DNA of 63,775 nt, the filler included. It is 5 parts of 5 records of this genome, joined end to end, with 100 filler letters (N's around TTAATTAATTAA, not from the genome) between each part and the next. Parts side by side here need not be neighbours in the genome. Positions count along the whole stretch, not along the records: positions 1 to 22,065 come from SRR20825006_1917; positions 22,166 to 32,062 come from SRR20825006_1919; 3 more parts are not named here. The stretch is one strand, 5' to 3'. This document shows, piece by piece, positions 21,326 to 31,625 of the stretch. The notes under the pieces were generated by a model. It was given only the letters and a program-made list of their open reading frames with translations. It had not been told where the DNA came from and made no database searches. Numbering within the stretch: the first letter of the stretch is position 1; each line of letters opens with the position of its first letter. A program made the position numbers and the translations under genes.

Positions 21326-22035
21326 TGGGTTTCTTTCAGAACAGTCAGGCAAGCCCAGATCTCTGGAAGGTAAATTTGTGATTTGATTGCAAGGGCTAGA
21401 GTCGAGAGTAACCAGGGGTCCTAGGGAGCTATGCGGAAGATTTTTGACAAGCACACCTCGGTCAGAATCGCATACGACCACGCTTCGGCGGCTTTACGGC
21501 ACCACCGAAAAGAGCATCCATTCCTTTGGCGTAGTTTGGGTCGCGATATTCACGCATACGCACAACCTCTTTTTTCGCTGCTCGGCGATCGAAGAAGCCA
21601 TCCGAGGCCTGTTTAGAAACGTGAACTTTCATACCCATGGACACCGTGTGAAATCTACTCTTCATTAATGACCTGATGAAAAAATTTGTCAATGAGGTGT
21701 AAAACTGCCCAGGCTTCACAGGCACGGCGCCTTACTGCATTTACTCACGGCATTCTCCGTTAACGGTGGAGGCTAAGTCTCATCGCTCTTCAAAGATTGG
21801 GGCATAGCTACGTCTCCCCAGTTGCCCCTTACTAAAAAGGAACCACGATAGGCCACAACCGCGGTAGTTCCTCCTTTTCCCTAAGTAATCGTAGTACCTC
21901 TTAAAAACAGTAGGTTAGGAGCTGGACGACGGTTTTAGTAGTTGTTGTGAAGGTTCAGTGCTTGTTGTGGAATTCGTTCAGTACTAGTTGTGGTCGTCCA
22001 ATTGCTGTTCCTATTTTTAAAGAACAACGTACTGT

Positions 22036-22063
22036 ATTTAACATAATATACATTATGCGCAGT
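22036..22063 (-). other. dif: dif site (XerC/XerD target)
   Basis: Minus strand ACTGCGCATAA-TGTATA-TTATGTTAAAT; differs from E. coli dif only at the first two bases. Confidence 0.92.
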
Positions 22064-22065
22064 AT

Positions 22066-22165
22066 NNNNNNNNNNNNNNNNNNNNNNNNNNNNNNNNNNN
22101 NNNNNNNNNTTAATTAATTAANNNNNNNNNNNNNNNNNNNNNNNNNNNNNNNNNNNNNNNNNNNN
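22066..22165. other. Artificial contig spacer
   Basis: 44 N + TTAATTAATTAA + 44 N. Confidence 0.99.
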
Positions 22166-22807
22166 CTCGACATCCCCGGCAATCGCGAGGTTCCAGCTGC
22201 TTGCCCGTAGTCGGCTGTATTTCTGTGGGTCGAGATCTCTCAGATATTGCCCGGAAGCCAGCACCACGTCGCCGACATAGAGAACCTCGCCCGCGTCGAC
22301 GTGAAACACCGGAACGCCCGCCCGCAGTTTGTCCTCCTTGACCGACCGGACGATAGTGGTTCTGTTCATTGAGCGGACGATCTGGCGGTCTAGGAACCAG
22401 TCTCCTGGCGTCACCTCGACGATGGCGTAATTCATGGTTCCGAACCGTTCCATCCTGTCGGGTAGGCTGAGAAGCTTGTTCGGTTTGCTGAGCGGTACGG
22501 GAATGAGCTCCGGCGACGGGGCTTCGAGGACAAGCTTGTCAAGGTCCTCGCCGGTTGCCGGGTCGTAACGTCTGAAAGAGGCCTCGGCTCCGGAGAGAAA
22601 GGCCGGGACGCGCAGCGGGGCGGCCACGACCTCGATCTTGTCGGTCCGGACCGCTGGTCCGATGTCAGCGGCCAGAAACGCACCGCCGATGATCACGATG
22701 GCCTTGCCCGGGGCTGGACCGCGCTCAAAGGTGCTTGTGCTGGAAATCGCGCAGGCGCTGAGGAGCGCGCAGAACAGCAACGCGGCAAAACGCTTCAGAA
22801 CAGGCAT
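22166..22807 (-). CDS. Putative lipoprotein, 3'-partial
   Basis: MPVLKRFAALLFCALLSAC: basic start, hydrophobic core, LSAC lipobox. Confidence 0.65.
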
Positions 22808-23208
22808 GGAACCCCCGGTCGAAATTTTGCGAAGGTTAGTCTGGCGCCGGGATGCCTGCAACTACTGCGGTCTGCCGCTCAGTCGAAACTCCGGCCGCCG
22901 GCGGCTTTGCGCGGCCTGCCCTTGTCTTCGGGCAGGGGAATGAAGCCCGCTTCGTCGCCCGGCACCGTGTCGATCCGCTCGAGCCCGGAGGAGACGAGGT
23001 TCCTCCAGATATAGCGCGGTCCTTCCATAGGCTTGCCGCTGAGAGCATGAAGCGTTCGGATCCTGGAAGGAATTGCTTATAGAACCGCTCCGGGTCGGCG
23101 AGCAGGTCAAGGACAGCGGCGGCAGTGTCGGCCTGCCGGGTGGGCCGGGGCTTGGCATTGAGCCGGACCCGGATTTCGTGAAGCATTTCACGGTGAGCTG
23201 AAACAGGG

Positions 23209-23538
23209 TCACGCCGCCTGGGTGAGGATGTCTGTCGCTTTGTGATCGCCGGGAACACCCTCGATCAGAATAATGTTCCCGGTGCTGTTCCGGCTGCGTA
23301 GCGGCAGGATCGCCCCATAGGCATCCGAGCGATACCAGGCGCGTGCCTTCTCCATATCCGGAAACTCAATGACGATAATGTCGCCCGCCCACTGGCCCTC
23401 GACGCATTCCGCTTGCGCGCCATGAACCCGGAAACGCCCTTGAAAAGGCGCCAATGTGGTGTCGATCTGTTCCAGATACTGCACGATTTCAGGCCCCATG
23501 CTGACGGCGGTCAGATGCCCGATGGCGAATGCCGGCAT
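23209..23538 (-). CDS. DUF1330-family protein
   Basis: GRFRVHG...EGQW...VIEFPDMEKARAWYRSDAY..ILPLR. Confidence 0.88.
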   Translation of the reverse strand: MPAFAIGHLTAVSMGPEIVQYLEQIDTTLAPFQGRFRVHGAQAECVEGQWAGDIIVIEFPDMEKARAWYRSDAYGAILPLRSRNSTGNIILIEGVPGDHKATDILTQAA

Positions 23539-23794
23539 GTTTATCTCTCCAGCTGATGTAATGCCGGGATATTGCCGATGGGAGGAGCGGAGGCCAATTA
23601 CCGGTGAGGTAAGAAAATCGTCATGACGTCCGTTTTGTCGACTGGGGGCTCAAGATTTCTGCCGGAGGCTGCTTCTTTTCCTTTCTAAAGCCATCTGATC
23701 TCGATTGAAGGCCGTTTTGAGCCGAAGCGGACTTTCAGCATGTAGCCACCGCTATCCAAGGTGGTTCACATCACCTCATTGTCCTGACGGGGGC

Positions 23795-24730
23795 TTAAGG
23801 CTGTATCTCCAAATCCTCGGGTGAAAGCGCGAGCGGTGCCGTCGTCTCCGCGCCTTTCAGGGTGCCGGCCAGATGGTCGACGAAACGCCTTACCCTGGCG
23901 GACAGATTGTGACGCTCCGGGAAAACGGCAGAGAGGTGGGCGGTTTGCCGGCAGGCGGGCAAGACAACCCGCAGGCTGCCATCCCGGACATGACGGGCGA
24001 TGTCCCATTCCGACCTCAGCATGATTCCATGGCCGCCGAGAACCCAGTCCAACGCGATTTCGCCGTCGTTCGTGCTCAAGTTGCCGCTTACCTTCGCGGT
24101 CTGCATTTCCCCGTTTCGGTCGTCGAACCGCCATACGTCGTAAGCTCCGTGGTCCTGGCGCAGAACGATGCAATTGTGTCCCTGGAGGTCCCCAAGAAAT
24201 GCCGGGGTCCCGTGATTGGCAAGATAGGATGGTGATGCGCAGAGATATCGCCGGTTTCTGACCAGCATTTTCATGACCATTCTGCTGTCGGGCGGTGCTC
24301 CGAAGCGAATTCCGAGATCTATTCCTTCTTTGACAAGGTTCAACGGTGCATCCGTCAGAATCAACTGGACCTGAACTTCCGGGTGGCGCTGCTTGAAGGA
24401 GGAAATAGCGGGCGCAATGTAGGTCCGGCCGAAACGAAGTGTGGAATTGATACGCAGCAACCCTTTCGGAGTGTCTCTCGCTCCGGTGATCCGCTGCTCC
24501 AGAGCGTCGATATCCCCGAGAATTCGCGCTGCCTCCAGAAGATAGGCATCGCCTTCGCTGGTAAGACTGACCCGCCGCGTCGTTCTGTTCAGGAGCCGAA
24601 TTCCGAGCCGGTCTTCCAGCTTCGCCAATCGCCTGCTGACCGCGGAAGCCGATATCCCGAGATCCCGGCCGGTGGCGGTGAAGCTCTCCCGCCGGGCGAG
24701 AAGGACGAAAAAGGATAGGTCGCTTTCCAT
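23795..24730 (-). CDS. LysR regulator (DmlR/TtuA-like)
   Basis: N-terminal HTH SFTATGRDLGISASAVSRRL, LLNRTTRR; divergent from the TRAP operon. Confidence 0.9.
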   Translation of the reverse strand: MESDLSFFVLLARRESFTATGRDLGISASAVSRRLAKLEDRLGIRLLNRTTRRVSLTSEGDAYLLEAARILGDIDALEQRITGARDTPKGLLRINSTLRFGRTYIAPAISSFKQRHPEVQVQLILTDAPLNLVKEGIDLGIRFGAPPDSRMVMKMLVRNRRYLCASPSYLANHGTPAFLGDLQGHNCIVLRQDHGAYDVWRFDDRNGEMQTAKVSGNLSTNDGEIALDWVLGGHGIMLRSEWDIARHVRDGSLRVVLPACRQTAHLSAVFPERHNLSARVRRFVDHLAGTLKGAETTAPLALSPEDLEIQP

Positions 24731-24939
24731 GATTTTGAAATCAAACGCAATAATGAAATACGTTTAGCGAATTTATCAACTTCAACGCAATTGTCTATAG
24801 ATGTCCGGTCCCGGTGTCGAAATCCGGGGCGTGCAACCGGGCAGGCGAAATGCAACGCCGAAAATATTGCCCGGACCAAATAACAACCGGGCAAATGCCC
24901 GACTCGAACAGGACAGGTTCGTGCAGGAGAGGAGACATA

Positions 24940-26091
24940 ATGTTTAGTAAATCAAGTCGAACCGCCGCTTTCTTTGCGGCAACGCTCGTCGCCGCATCGG
25001 CATCCATCGCTACTGCCGTTGAGCCGGTGAAATTGCGCTGGGCATCTGACCATCCTGGCCCGCCGCACCCGGCCGGAATCGCCGAAGTTTACTTTGCCGA
25101 ACAAGTAGAAAAAAAGATTCCCGGCAGCAAAGTGCAGATTTTCTGGGCGAAATCGCTCTACACGATCCCGCAAGGTGTCAAGGCGCTGACGCAGGGCAAT
25201 CTTGAGGTTCTCACCGGCCAATTCGGCAAGACATCGAGCATTGAGCCCTTGGCGAATGTGGTTCTGGGCGCCGGAAAGCTCTCCACGGTCGGGGCTATCG
25301 ACTCTATTCACAAGACCAAGACATTTCAGGATCTAGCGGCGCATTTCGACAAGGTGCACGACATCCGCTTCATGGGCGCCGGTCACATGAGCATGTACAT
25401 GGGCGCCGGTGCCGTGGAAGGGCGCCTGATCGCTCCGTCTGATTTCGCCGGTAAGAAAATGCGCTCCATGGGGCCTGCCGAAAACGCTCTGCTAGGTGCG
25501 CTTGGAGCCAACCCTCAGGCGATGTCGTTCGGGGATGTTCCGCCAGCACTGCAGACAGGTGTCATTGACGGACTGTTGACTTCGCTCGGTGGTTTCAACG
25601 CGACCAAGGAGCAGGCTCCGTACTTCACGGTCGCCGGACTCAACGGCATCGTTGGGGACTATTACTGGTTCGGCGTTTCTAATCGTTGGTGGAGCAAGCT
25701 GTCCAAGGACCAGCAGGACGCGCTCACCGACGTCTTCCAGAACGACTTCATTCCGTTCCAGCGGGCGGTGAACTATTGCGCCGACAAGCGCACGCTCGAG
25801 AAGTTCATCACGACGGACAAATCGGCGCCGGGCATCTACGTGATGACGCCGGAGGAATCCGCCAAGATCAAGAAGGCCGAAGGCGGCGCCACGAACGAGT
25901 GGATCAAGAGCAAGGTGAACGATACGGGGGACAAGCTCACGGATCAGTTCACCGCAGAAGCCCAGGAGATGGTCGAGGCCAATCCGCCGGGCTCCAGCGC
26001 GCTCGAGAAGACCAACTGTGCCGATTACGAGAAGTACTTCGCGATGTACGCGAAGGGCACCGAGCTGCACGGAGCCAAAAACCGGAAATAG
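24940..26091 (+). CDS. dctP: TRAP transporter substrate-binding protein (DctP)
   Basis: Signal peptide, DFAGKKMRS, ALQTGVIDG; GGAG RBS before ATG 24940. Confidence 0.85.
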   Translation: MFSKSSRTAAFFAATLVAASASIATAVEPVKLRWASDHPGPPHPAGIAEVYFAEQVEKKIPGSKVQIFWAKSLYTIPQGVKALTQGNLEVLTGQFGKTSSIEPLANVVLGAGKLSTVGAIDSIHKTKTFQDLAAHFDKVHDIRFMGAGHMSMYMGAGAVEGRLIAPSDFAGKKMRSMGPAENALLGALGANPQAMSFGDVPPALQTGVIDGLLTSLGGFNATKEQAPYFTVAGLNGIVGDYYWFGVSNRWWSKLSKDQQDALTDVFQNDFIPFQRAVNYCADKRTLEKFITTDKSAPGIYVMTPEESAKIKKAEGGATNEWIKSKVNDTGDKLTDQFTAEAQEMVEANPPGSSALEKTNCADYEKYFAMYAKGTELHGAKNRK

Positions 26092-26169
26092 CGTTCACGC
26101 TGTCTGGAAAAAGCGAGGGGCCGCAGATGCACTGCGACCCCTCCACTCTCAAATAGGACGTTTACCGAC

Positions 26170-26721
26170 ATGGACGGTTTTCTGGCTTCCTCGCAACGCG
26201 TGAAGGATGCGGTGCAACTGGTGCTCGGCTGGATCGCGTCGGCTCTGCTGCTGGTGCTGACTATATTCGCGCTGCTGGAGATCGTGCGGCGCTATATCTT
26301 CGGGGTCGTCTTCGAATGGGGACAGGACGGGATCATCGTCGGCATGGTTTCCGCGGTCGCGCTGTATTTCGGCGTGACCCAGATACGGCGTGGCCACCTG
26401 GTGATGAGTGCTGTCGTGCAACTGCTGCACGCCCGGGGATACTACAGGACGATCGGTCTCCTGAAGATCTTCGTCTCGGCGGCGACCGCTCTCTTCTGCG
26501 GCGCGGTGGGGATTACCGGCTGGTCCACGTTGAGCTACGCGTGGAACCGTGACCTTACGACCTACAGCCTGCTGATCCCCCAATGGCCATTCTACCTGAT
26601 CCTGATGTTCGGCTTTCTCATGATGGCCTTCATCGCCTTCCTCCAGTTGATCGAGGACATGATCAGTTACGCGCGCGGTGAGCATCTCGACAGCGCGATC
26701 GAATTCACAACCGATGTCTGA
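26170..26721 (+). CDS. dctQ: TRAP small permease (DctQ)
   Basis: About four TM segments, RYIF and GHL motifs, position between dctP and dctM. Confidence 0.85.
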   Translation: MDGFLASSQRVKDAVQLVLGWIASALLLVLTIFALLEIVRRYIFGVVFEWGQDGIIVGMVSAVALYFGVTQIRRGHLVMSAVVQLLHARGYYRTIGLLKIFVSAATALFCGAVGITGWSTLSYAWNRDLTTYSLLIPQWPFYLILMFGFLMMAFIAFLQLIEDMISYARGEHLDSAIEFTTDV

Positions 26722-26754
26722 GCGGGCATCGGGCGAAAGAGCGGAACCCACATT

Positions 26755-28038
26755 TTGATCTGGCTAGCTTCAGCGTTATTCGTACTGCTTCTCGTCGGCG
26801 TGCCCATCGGCATCTCGCTCGCGGGATCGGCCGCCATCCTGGTGATGTTCGACGATTTCCTGTCGTTCAGCACGCTGTTCGAGGCGTTCTACATCTTTGT
26901 CAGCAAATACACGCTGATCGCCATTCCGTTCTTCATCTATGCCGGCTTCCTCATGGAGAAGACCGGACTGGTCCGCGGGCTCTTCAATTTTGCGGATGCT
27001 CTGATCGGCTGGGTGCCCGGAGGCTTTGCCTACGCGACATTGTTGGCGGCGGTACTGTTCGGTGCAATTTCCGGATCGTCCACGGCGATGGCTGCCGCAA
27101 TGAGCGTGATCGCCTATCCTGAGATGATCAAGCGCGGTTATCCGAAATGGATGGCGGCGGGTGTCATTGCGTCGGCGGGAGGGATCGCACTGCTGATCCC
27201 GCCGAGCATCACGCTGATCCTGTTCGGCGTGATCACCGAAGTGTCGATCGTCGATCTTTTCTTCGCCGGGGTGATTCCCGGTCTCATGCTCGCGATTAGC
27301 GATGCGATCATCATCGTTACCGTTTCGGTCTTCATCGTGAAGCTGCCGGCCGGGACATTCAGTCTCGAGCACTGCTGGAAGTCCTTCCAGGAAGCCCTGC
27401 CGGCGCTTCTGATGCCGGTTCTTGTTCTGGGCGGTCTGTACGGCGGCGTGTTCACGCCGACGGAAGCCGGGGCAGCGGCGGCTTCCTACGCGCTCGCCTA
27501 CGGGGCGATCTTCAAGCGTAAGGAGTTCTTCTCCGGGCTGATGGATGTCACCCGCCGGACAATGAACCTGACAGCGATTGTGTTCTTTCTGCTGGGCTGT
27601 GTCGGGATTTTTCAGTTCTTCCTCGCCAACATGGGATGGCCGCAGGAAATCGCCGCCTGGGCAGGCGATCTCGGCCTCTCCAAATTCGCCTTCTTGTTCG
27701 CGCTTATGGCGACTTTGCTGGTTCTGTCCATGTGGCTGACCGGAGCCGCGATCCTGGTGCTGACAGTCCCGATTTATTTTCCGGTCGCGCTGTCGCTGGG
27801 CGTCGACCCCATCCATCTCGGCATTCTGACAGCCCTCTGCATCGAGATTGGAAGCGTCATTCCGCCGGTCGGTCTCAACCTCTTCGCCGTAAGCGGCGTC
27901 ACGGGACTGCCCGTGACACAGGTGATCCGGGGGTCATTCCCCTTCTGTATCTCGGACACGGTCGTGCTGATCATCGTTCTGCTGTTCCCGATGCTGGCGC
28001 TGTGGCTGCCGGGATTATTGATCACCTCCCACTTCTAG
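26755..28038 (+). CDS. dctM: TRAP large permease (DctM)
   Basis: AIPFFI, ISGSS, LIPPS, FTPTEA, PPVGLNL. Confidence 0.92.
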   Translation: MIWLASALFVLLLVGVPIGISLAGSAAILVMFDDFLSFSTLFEAFYIFVSKYTLIAIPFFIYAGFLMEKTGLVRGLFNFADALIGWVPGGFAYATLLAAVLFGAISGSSTAMAAAMSVIAYPEMIKRGYPKWMAAGVIASAGGIALLIPPSITLILFGVITEVSIVDLFFAGVIPGLMLAISDAIIIVTVSVFIVKLPAGTFSLEHCWKSFQEALPALLMPVLVLGGLYGGVFTPTEAGAAAASYALAYGAIFKRKEFFSGLMDVTRRTMNLTAIVFFLLGCVGIFQFFLANMGWPQEIAAWAGDLGLSKFAFLFALMATLLVLSMWLTGAAILVLTVPIYFPVALSLGVDPIHLGILTALCIEIGSVIPPVGLNLFAVSGVTGLPVTQVIRGSFPFCISDTVVLIIVLLFPMLALWLPGLLITSHF

Positions 28039-28090
28039 TACCTGGAAAACAATCGAACGGAATGCCGTTCATTTACTGAAGGAGCCAAGA

Positions 28091-29167
28091 ATGCGCGAAT
28101 ACACCATTGCGGCCGTCCCGGGGGATGGCATCGGCGGTGAGGTCATTGACGCCGGGACCCGTGTCCTCCATGCCGTGGCCGCGCGTGACGGAGGTTTCAG
28201 GCTGAAGGTCGAAGAATTCCCCTGGGGAACCGACTATTATTTCAAGACCGGAAAGATGATGCCGGACGATGCGCTCGACACGCTGAGAACGTTCGATGCG
28301 ATCTATTTCGGATCGGCCGGCGATCCGCGCGTGCCGGACCATATCTCGCTCTGGGGCCTGCGGCTCGCGATTTGCCAGCCGTTGGATCAGTACGCCAATG
28401 TCCGCCCGGCGCGGCTCCTTCCTGGCGTCAAGGGCCCGCTGGAAGGCGTGGGACAGGAGGATCTGGACTGGGTGATCGTCCGCGAGAACTCGGAAGGTGA
28501 ATATGCGGGCGTCGGCGGTCGGGCCCATACCGGCCTGCCGGAGGAAGTCGGCATGGATGTTGCCGTTTTCACGCGAACCGGGGTCGAGAGAATCCAGCGG
28601 TTCGCGCTGGATCTTGCCCGCTCCAGACCCCGCAAGAAACTCACCCTGGTGACGAAGTCCAACGCGCAGCGTCACGGAATGGTGTTCTGGGATCAGGTGT
28701 TCGAGGATGTTCGGCGTGACTATCCGGATGTGGAAACCGACAAGATGCTGGTCGATGCCATGACGACGCGCATGGTCCTGGACCCGAAGTCTCTGGACAC
28801 GATCGTCGCCACTAACCTGCATGCGGATGTCCTGTCCGACTTGGCCGCTGCGCTGACGGGCTCGCTTGGGATTGCACCCACCGCCAATCTCCGGCCGGAA
28901 CGGGACGCACCGTCCATGTTCGAGCCGATCCACGGCTCCGCGTTCGACATCATGGGCAAGGGGATAGCGAATCCGATCGGCGCGTTCTGGACGGCGTCCA
29001 TGATGCTTGCTCATCTCGGTGAGCCGGACTCCGCGATTGCGTTGATGAATGCCGTGGAGCGGGTAACCTCGGACGGGAAGGTGCTGACGCGTGACCTCGG
29101 CGGGGACGCGACAACCGTCCAGGTGACTGACGAAGTCCTGGCGGCATTGGATGGCCGCAACGGCTAG
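28091..29167 (+). CDS. Tartrate / D-malate dehydrogenase (decarboxylating), TtuC/DmlA family
   Basis: GDGIG, PDHISLWG, RENSEGEY, TKSNAQ, FEPIHGSAFDI. Confidence 0.88.
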   Translation: MREYTIAAVPGDGIGGEVIDAGTRVLHAVAARDGGFRLKVEEFPWGTDYYFKTGKMMPDDALDTLRTFDAIYFGSAGDPRVPDHISLWGLRLAICQPLDQYANVRPARLLPGVKGPLEGVGQEDLDWVIVRENSEGEYAGVGGRAHTGLPEEVGMDVAVFTRTGVERIQRFALDLARSRPRKKLTLVTKSNAQRHGMVFWDQVFEDVRRDYPDVETDKMLVDAMTTRMVLDPKSLDTIVATNLHADVLSDLAAALTGSLGIAPTANLRPERDAPSMFEPIHGSAFDIMGKGIANPIGAFWTASMMLAHLGEPDSAIALMNAVERVTSDGKVLTRDLGGDATTVQVTDEVLAALDGRNG

Positions 29168-29180
29168 CGCCGTAGCCGGA

Positions 29181-30020
29181 TCAGAACCGATATAGAGCCG
29201 CTGGGTTCTCGACGAGGATCCGGCGGCGCGTATCCTCTGACGGAACCGAGTTCAGGAAATCCCTGAACAGCTGTTTGGTGTCGACGTCTCTGAACGGCTG
29301 CGCCACCAGCCGCGTTTCCTGGGAGCGGTTTGCCGGCGGGTGCGGCCAGTCGCTGCCCCAAAGGAGGTGTTCCGGGTTGGCGGCGACGAATCGCATGGTC
29401 AGGGCGTGCGCGGTCTCTCTGGCGTTGGCCAAGCGGTATGCGGCCGACAGTTTCACCCAGCAAAGGCCGTCCGAAAGTCGGTCGGCGAGAAGGTCCCGCG
29501 TTTCGTCGTCCTCGGCTGACAACAGTCCAAAATGATCAATGACCAGCGGCGTCGGCAGTTCCGTTGCACGTTCCAGAACGGCCCGGAGGTCAGCTCCCTT
29601 GAGAAGGACCTGTATGTGCCAACCTAGACCGGCGATGCGCCGCGAGGCCGCCAATACATTTTCGGCGACGGCTTGTGGCGAGAGTGAGCTGGTGGATACA
29701 TTGTTGACCCGAACTCCCGCGACACCTTTGGCGCTCCATTCCCGAAGCTCCGCGCTCGTTTCGGTTCCTTGCAGCGTTACGACGGCCCGGGCCGTGGATC
29801 CGAACTCCTCCAAGCCATGGAAAAGGCGCCGGTTGTCTCCGTGGACACTGGCATGGACAAGCACGATCCGCTCCAGTCCCAGTTCCGCAAGCAGCTGCCG
29901 TGCCTCGGTCTCGCCGGCATCGCTCGGCGTGTAGGCGCGATTGGCCACATAAGGAAACTTGTCGGCCGGGCCAAATAGATGCGTGTGGCAATCGGTGCCT
30001 TGCTGCGGCAACTCAGTCAT
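29181..30020 (-). CDS. Amidohydrolase_2 family lactonase-like protein
   Basis: DCHTH, IDHFG, WVKLSAAYR, WGSDWPH. Confidence 0.85.
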   Translation of the reverse strand: MTELPQQGTDCHTHLFGPADKFPYVANRAYTPSDAGETEARQLLAELGLERIVLVHASVHGDNRRLFHGLEEFGSTARAVVTLQGTETSAELREWSAKGVAGVRVNNVSTSSLSPQAVAENVLAASRRIAGLGWHIQVLLKGADLRAVLERATELPTPLVIDHFGLLSAEDDETRDLLADRLSDGLCWVKLSAAYRLANARETAHALTMRFVAANPEHLLWGSDWPHPPANRSQETRLVAQPFRDVDTKQLFRDFLNSVPSEDTRRRILVENPAALYRF

Positions 30021-30177
30021 GGACTCTTGTACACCCCGACTTCTGACAACACTGAATGTAATTGAAGGGCAAATCCTGCCCCAAAGCTACCGTGCATCCT
30101 GAATTCGTGAGCGCCCGCTCCCCACCCTGCAGAGCCTGATGGCGTATTCGGCCGACGATTGCAAAGGTGGCCGTTCA

Positions 30178-30642
30178 TCAATCGGGCTTCATCGTACCGT
30201 CTTGAAGGGCGTCCTTTAACCCAGTTGGGTAGAGTTCAAGCCCACCACAGTCCAGCGTGTTCACATCGAACCAGGATGCGCGACAGGGCGTTCCATTATC
30301 TTCCAAATATTCTATCGGACCGTCATGAATATAGGCGTCATCGGGGAAGGTAATGTTGGACACAAATGCAACCTCATGCCCAACGACACCGTGATGAGTA
30401 TAGATATTTTCCAGGATCACCGGGGTTCCAATGATTTGAACCGACACCCCGAGTTCTTCATCAAATTCCCGCACCAGCGCATCCCGCCAGCTCTCGCCAA
30501 ATTCCAGCCGTCCGCCAAGCGGTCGCACGCCTTTGATACTGCCATCGTCATTTTGTATCTCACTGGCCAAGAGGAGACCGTTCCGCCACACGAGGCCGAG
30601 TGCTTTGACTTCAATAGTTTGTGACGGGCGCCAAGTTTGCAT
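30178..30642 (-). CDS. NUDIX hydrolase
   Basis: GGRLEFGESWRDALVREFDEELG Nudix box. Confidence 0.9.
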   Translation of the reverse strand: MQTWRPSQTIEVKALGLVWRNGLLLASEIQNDDGSIKGVRPLGGRLEFGESWRDALVREFDEELGVSVQIIGTPVILENIYTHHGVVGHEVAFVSNITFPDDAYIHDGPIEYLEDNGTPCRASWFDVNTLDCGGLELYPTGLKDALQDGTMKPD

Positions 30643-30694
30643 TGATAGGGCGTAGAAAAGAAACGTGGTGGATGCAAGTACAGAGTGAGGCGGT

Positions 30695-31492
30695 TCAGGT
30701 GCTCTCGGCGATCTTTCTCAAAATATCAGCGGAGCTTTCATTCGCTGGGAAAAATGCCTCGATGGCGAGTTCGGAGAGGGTGATGTCGATGGGGGTGCCG
30801 AAGACCGTCACCGTGCTGAACATGGAGAGCAGTCCCGCCGGTGTTTCGAGCTGCAGCGGTATGGCGACGCTGCCGTAATCGGTTTGCCGTGCAGGCGGGG
30901 TGGAGGTGTGGGCGGGGTAGCTTTCCAGCTCGTTCATCAACGTGATCAGGGTCGCATCCGCGCTCGCTTCGATCTGCTGGCGCAGGCGGTGCAGCAGGTG
31001 ATGGCGCCATTCAGGCAGGTTCCGGATCTGTGGTGCCAGCCCGTCCGGATGCAGGGCGATGCGGAGCACATTCACCGGCGGCTCCAGCAAGACCGGTGCG
31101 ACAGTTGCCAGAAGCGGGCCGATCATCCGGTTGGCGCTGACCAGTGTCCAGTGCCGGTCAACGGCGACGGCGGGGAAGGGCTCATGTCCCGTCAGCACCA
31201 GATCGACAGCCTTGCGGGCGGCGGCGAGGGACGGATCGTCCAGCGGTCTGGCCGGGAAATGCGGGGCGTATCCGGCGGCAAGCAACAGGATGTTCTGTTC
31301 GCGCGGCGGCACCGCGAGCCGGTCCGAGAGATGCAGGATCATCTCGCGGCTCGGCTGGGCCCGTCCGGTTTCGACAAAGCTCAGATGCTTGGAGGAAATA
31401 TCGGCCTCCAACGCAAGGTCGAGCTGGCTCATCCGGCGGCGCTGGCGCCAGCCTCGGAGCTGGGCGCCGACGGGCATGGTCTGCTGGTTCAT
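30695..31492 (-). CDS. XRE-family regulator with MmyB-like ligand-binding domain
   Basis: SQLDLALEADISSKHLSFVETGR, HEPFPAVAVDRHW, TVFGTP.DITL.ELAIE.FFP. Confidence 0.9.
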   Translation of the reverse strand: MNQQTMPVGAQLRGWRQRRRMSQLDLALEADISSKHLSFVETGRAQPSREMILHLSDRLAVPPREQNILLLAAGYAPHFPARPLDDPSLAAARKAVDLVLTGHEPFPAVAVDRHWTLVSANRMIGPLLATVAPVLLEPPVNVLRIALHPDGLAPQIRNLPEWRHHLLHRLRQQIEASADATLITLMNELESYPAHTSTPPARQTDYGSVAIPLQLETPAGLLSMFSTVTVFGTPIDITLSELAIEAFFPANESSADILRKIAEST

Positions 31493-31625
31493 GAGGCGAG
31501 CTTAGAAGCGGGCGGGCGTCGAAACAATTACCTCGCAGTTAATTGAGAAGCGGCTCCGGCTGGCCCACGGTCCGCCCGACGCGCCGGCACGCTCTGCCGG
31601 AGCGATCGGAAAAAGGAGCCTGATC

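Noticed and set aside
21387-21725. Short ORFs between the recombinase and dif
   Set aside because: Overlapping on both strands with no motif; coding status cannot be supported.
22110-22121. Recurrent TTAATTAATTAA palindrome
   Set aside because: Artificial stop-codon linker inside N spacers.
22836-23258. ORFs of 116-140 aa downstream of the DUF1330 gene
   Set aside because: Mutually overlapping, low-complexity translations with no recognisable family.
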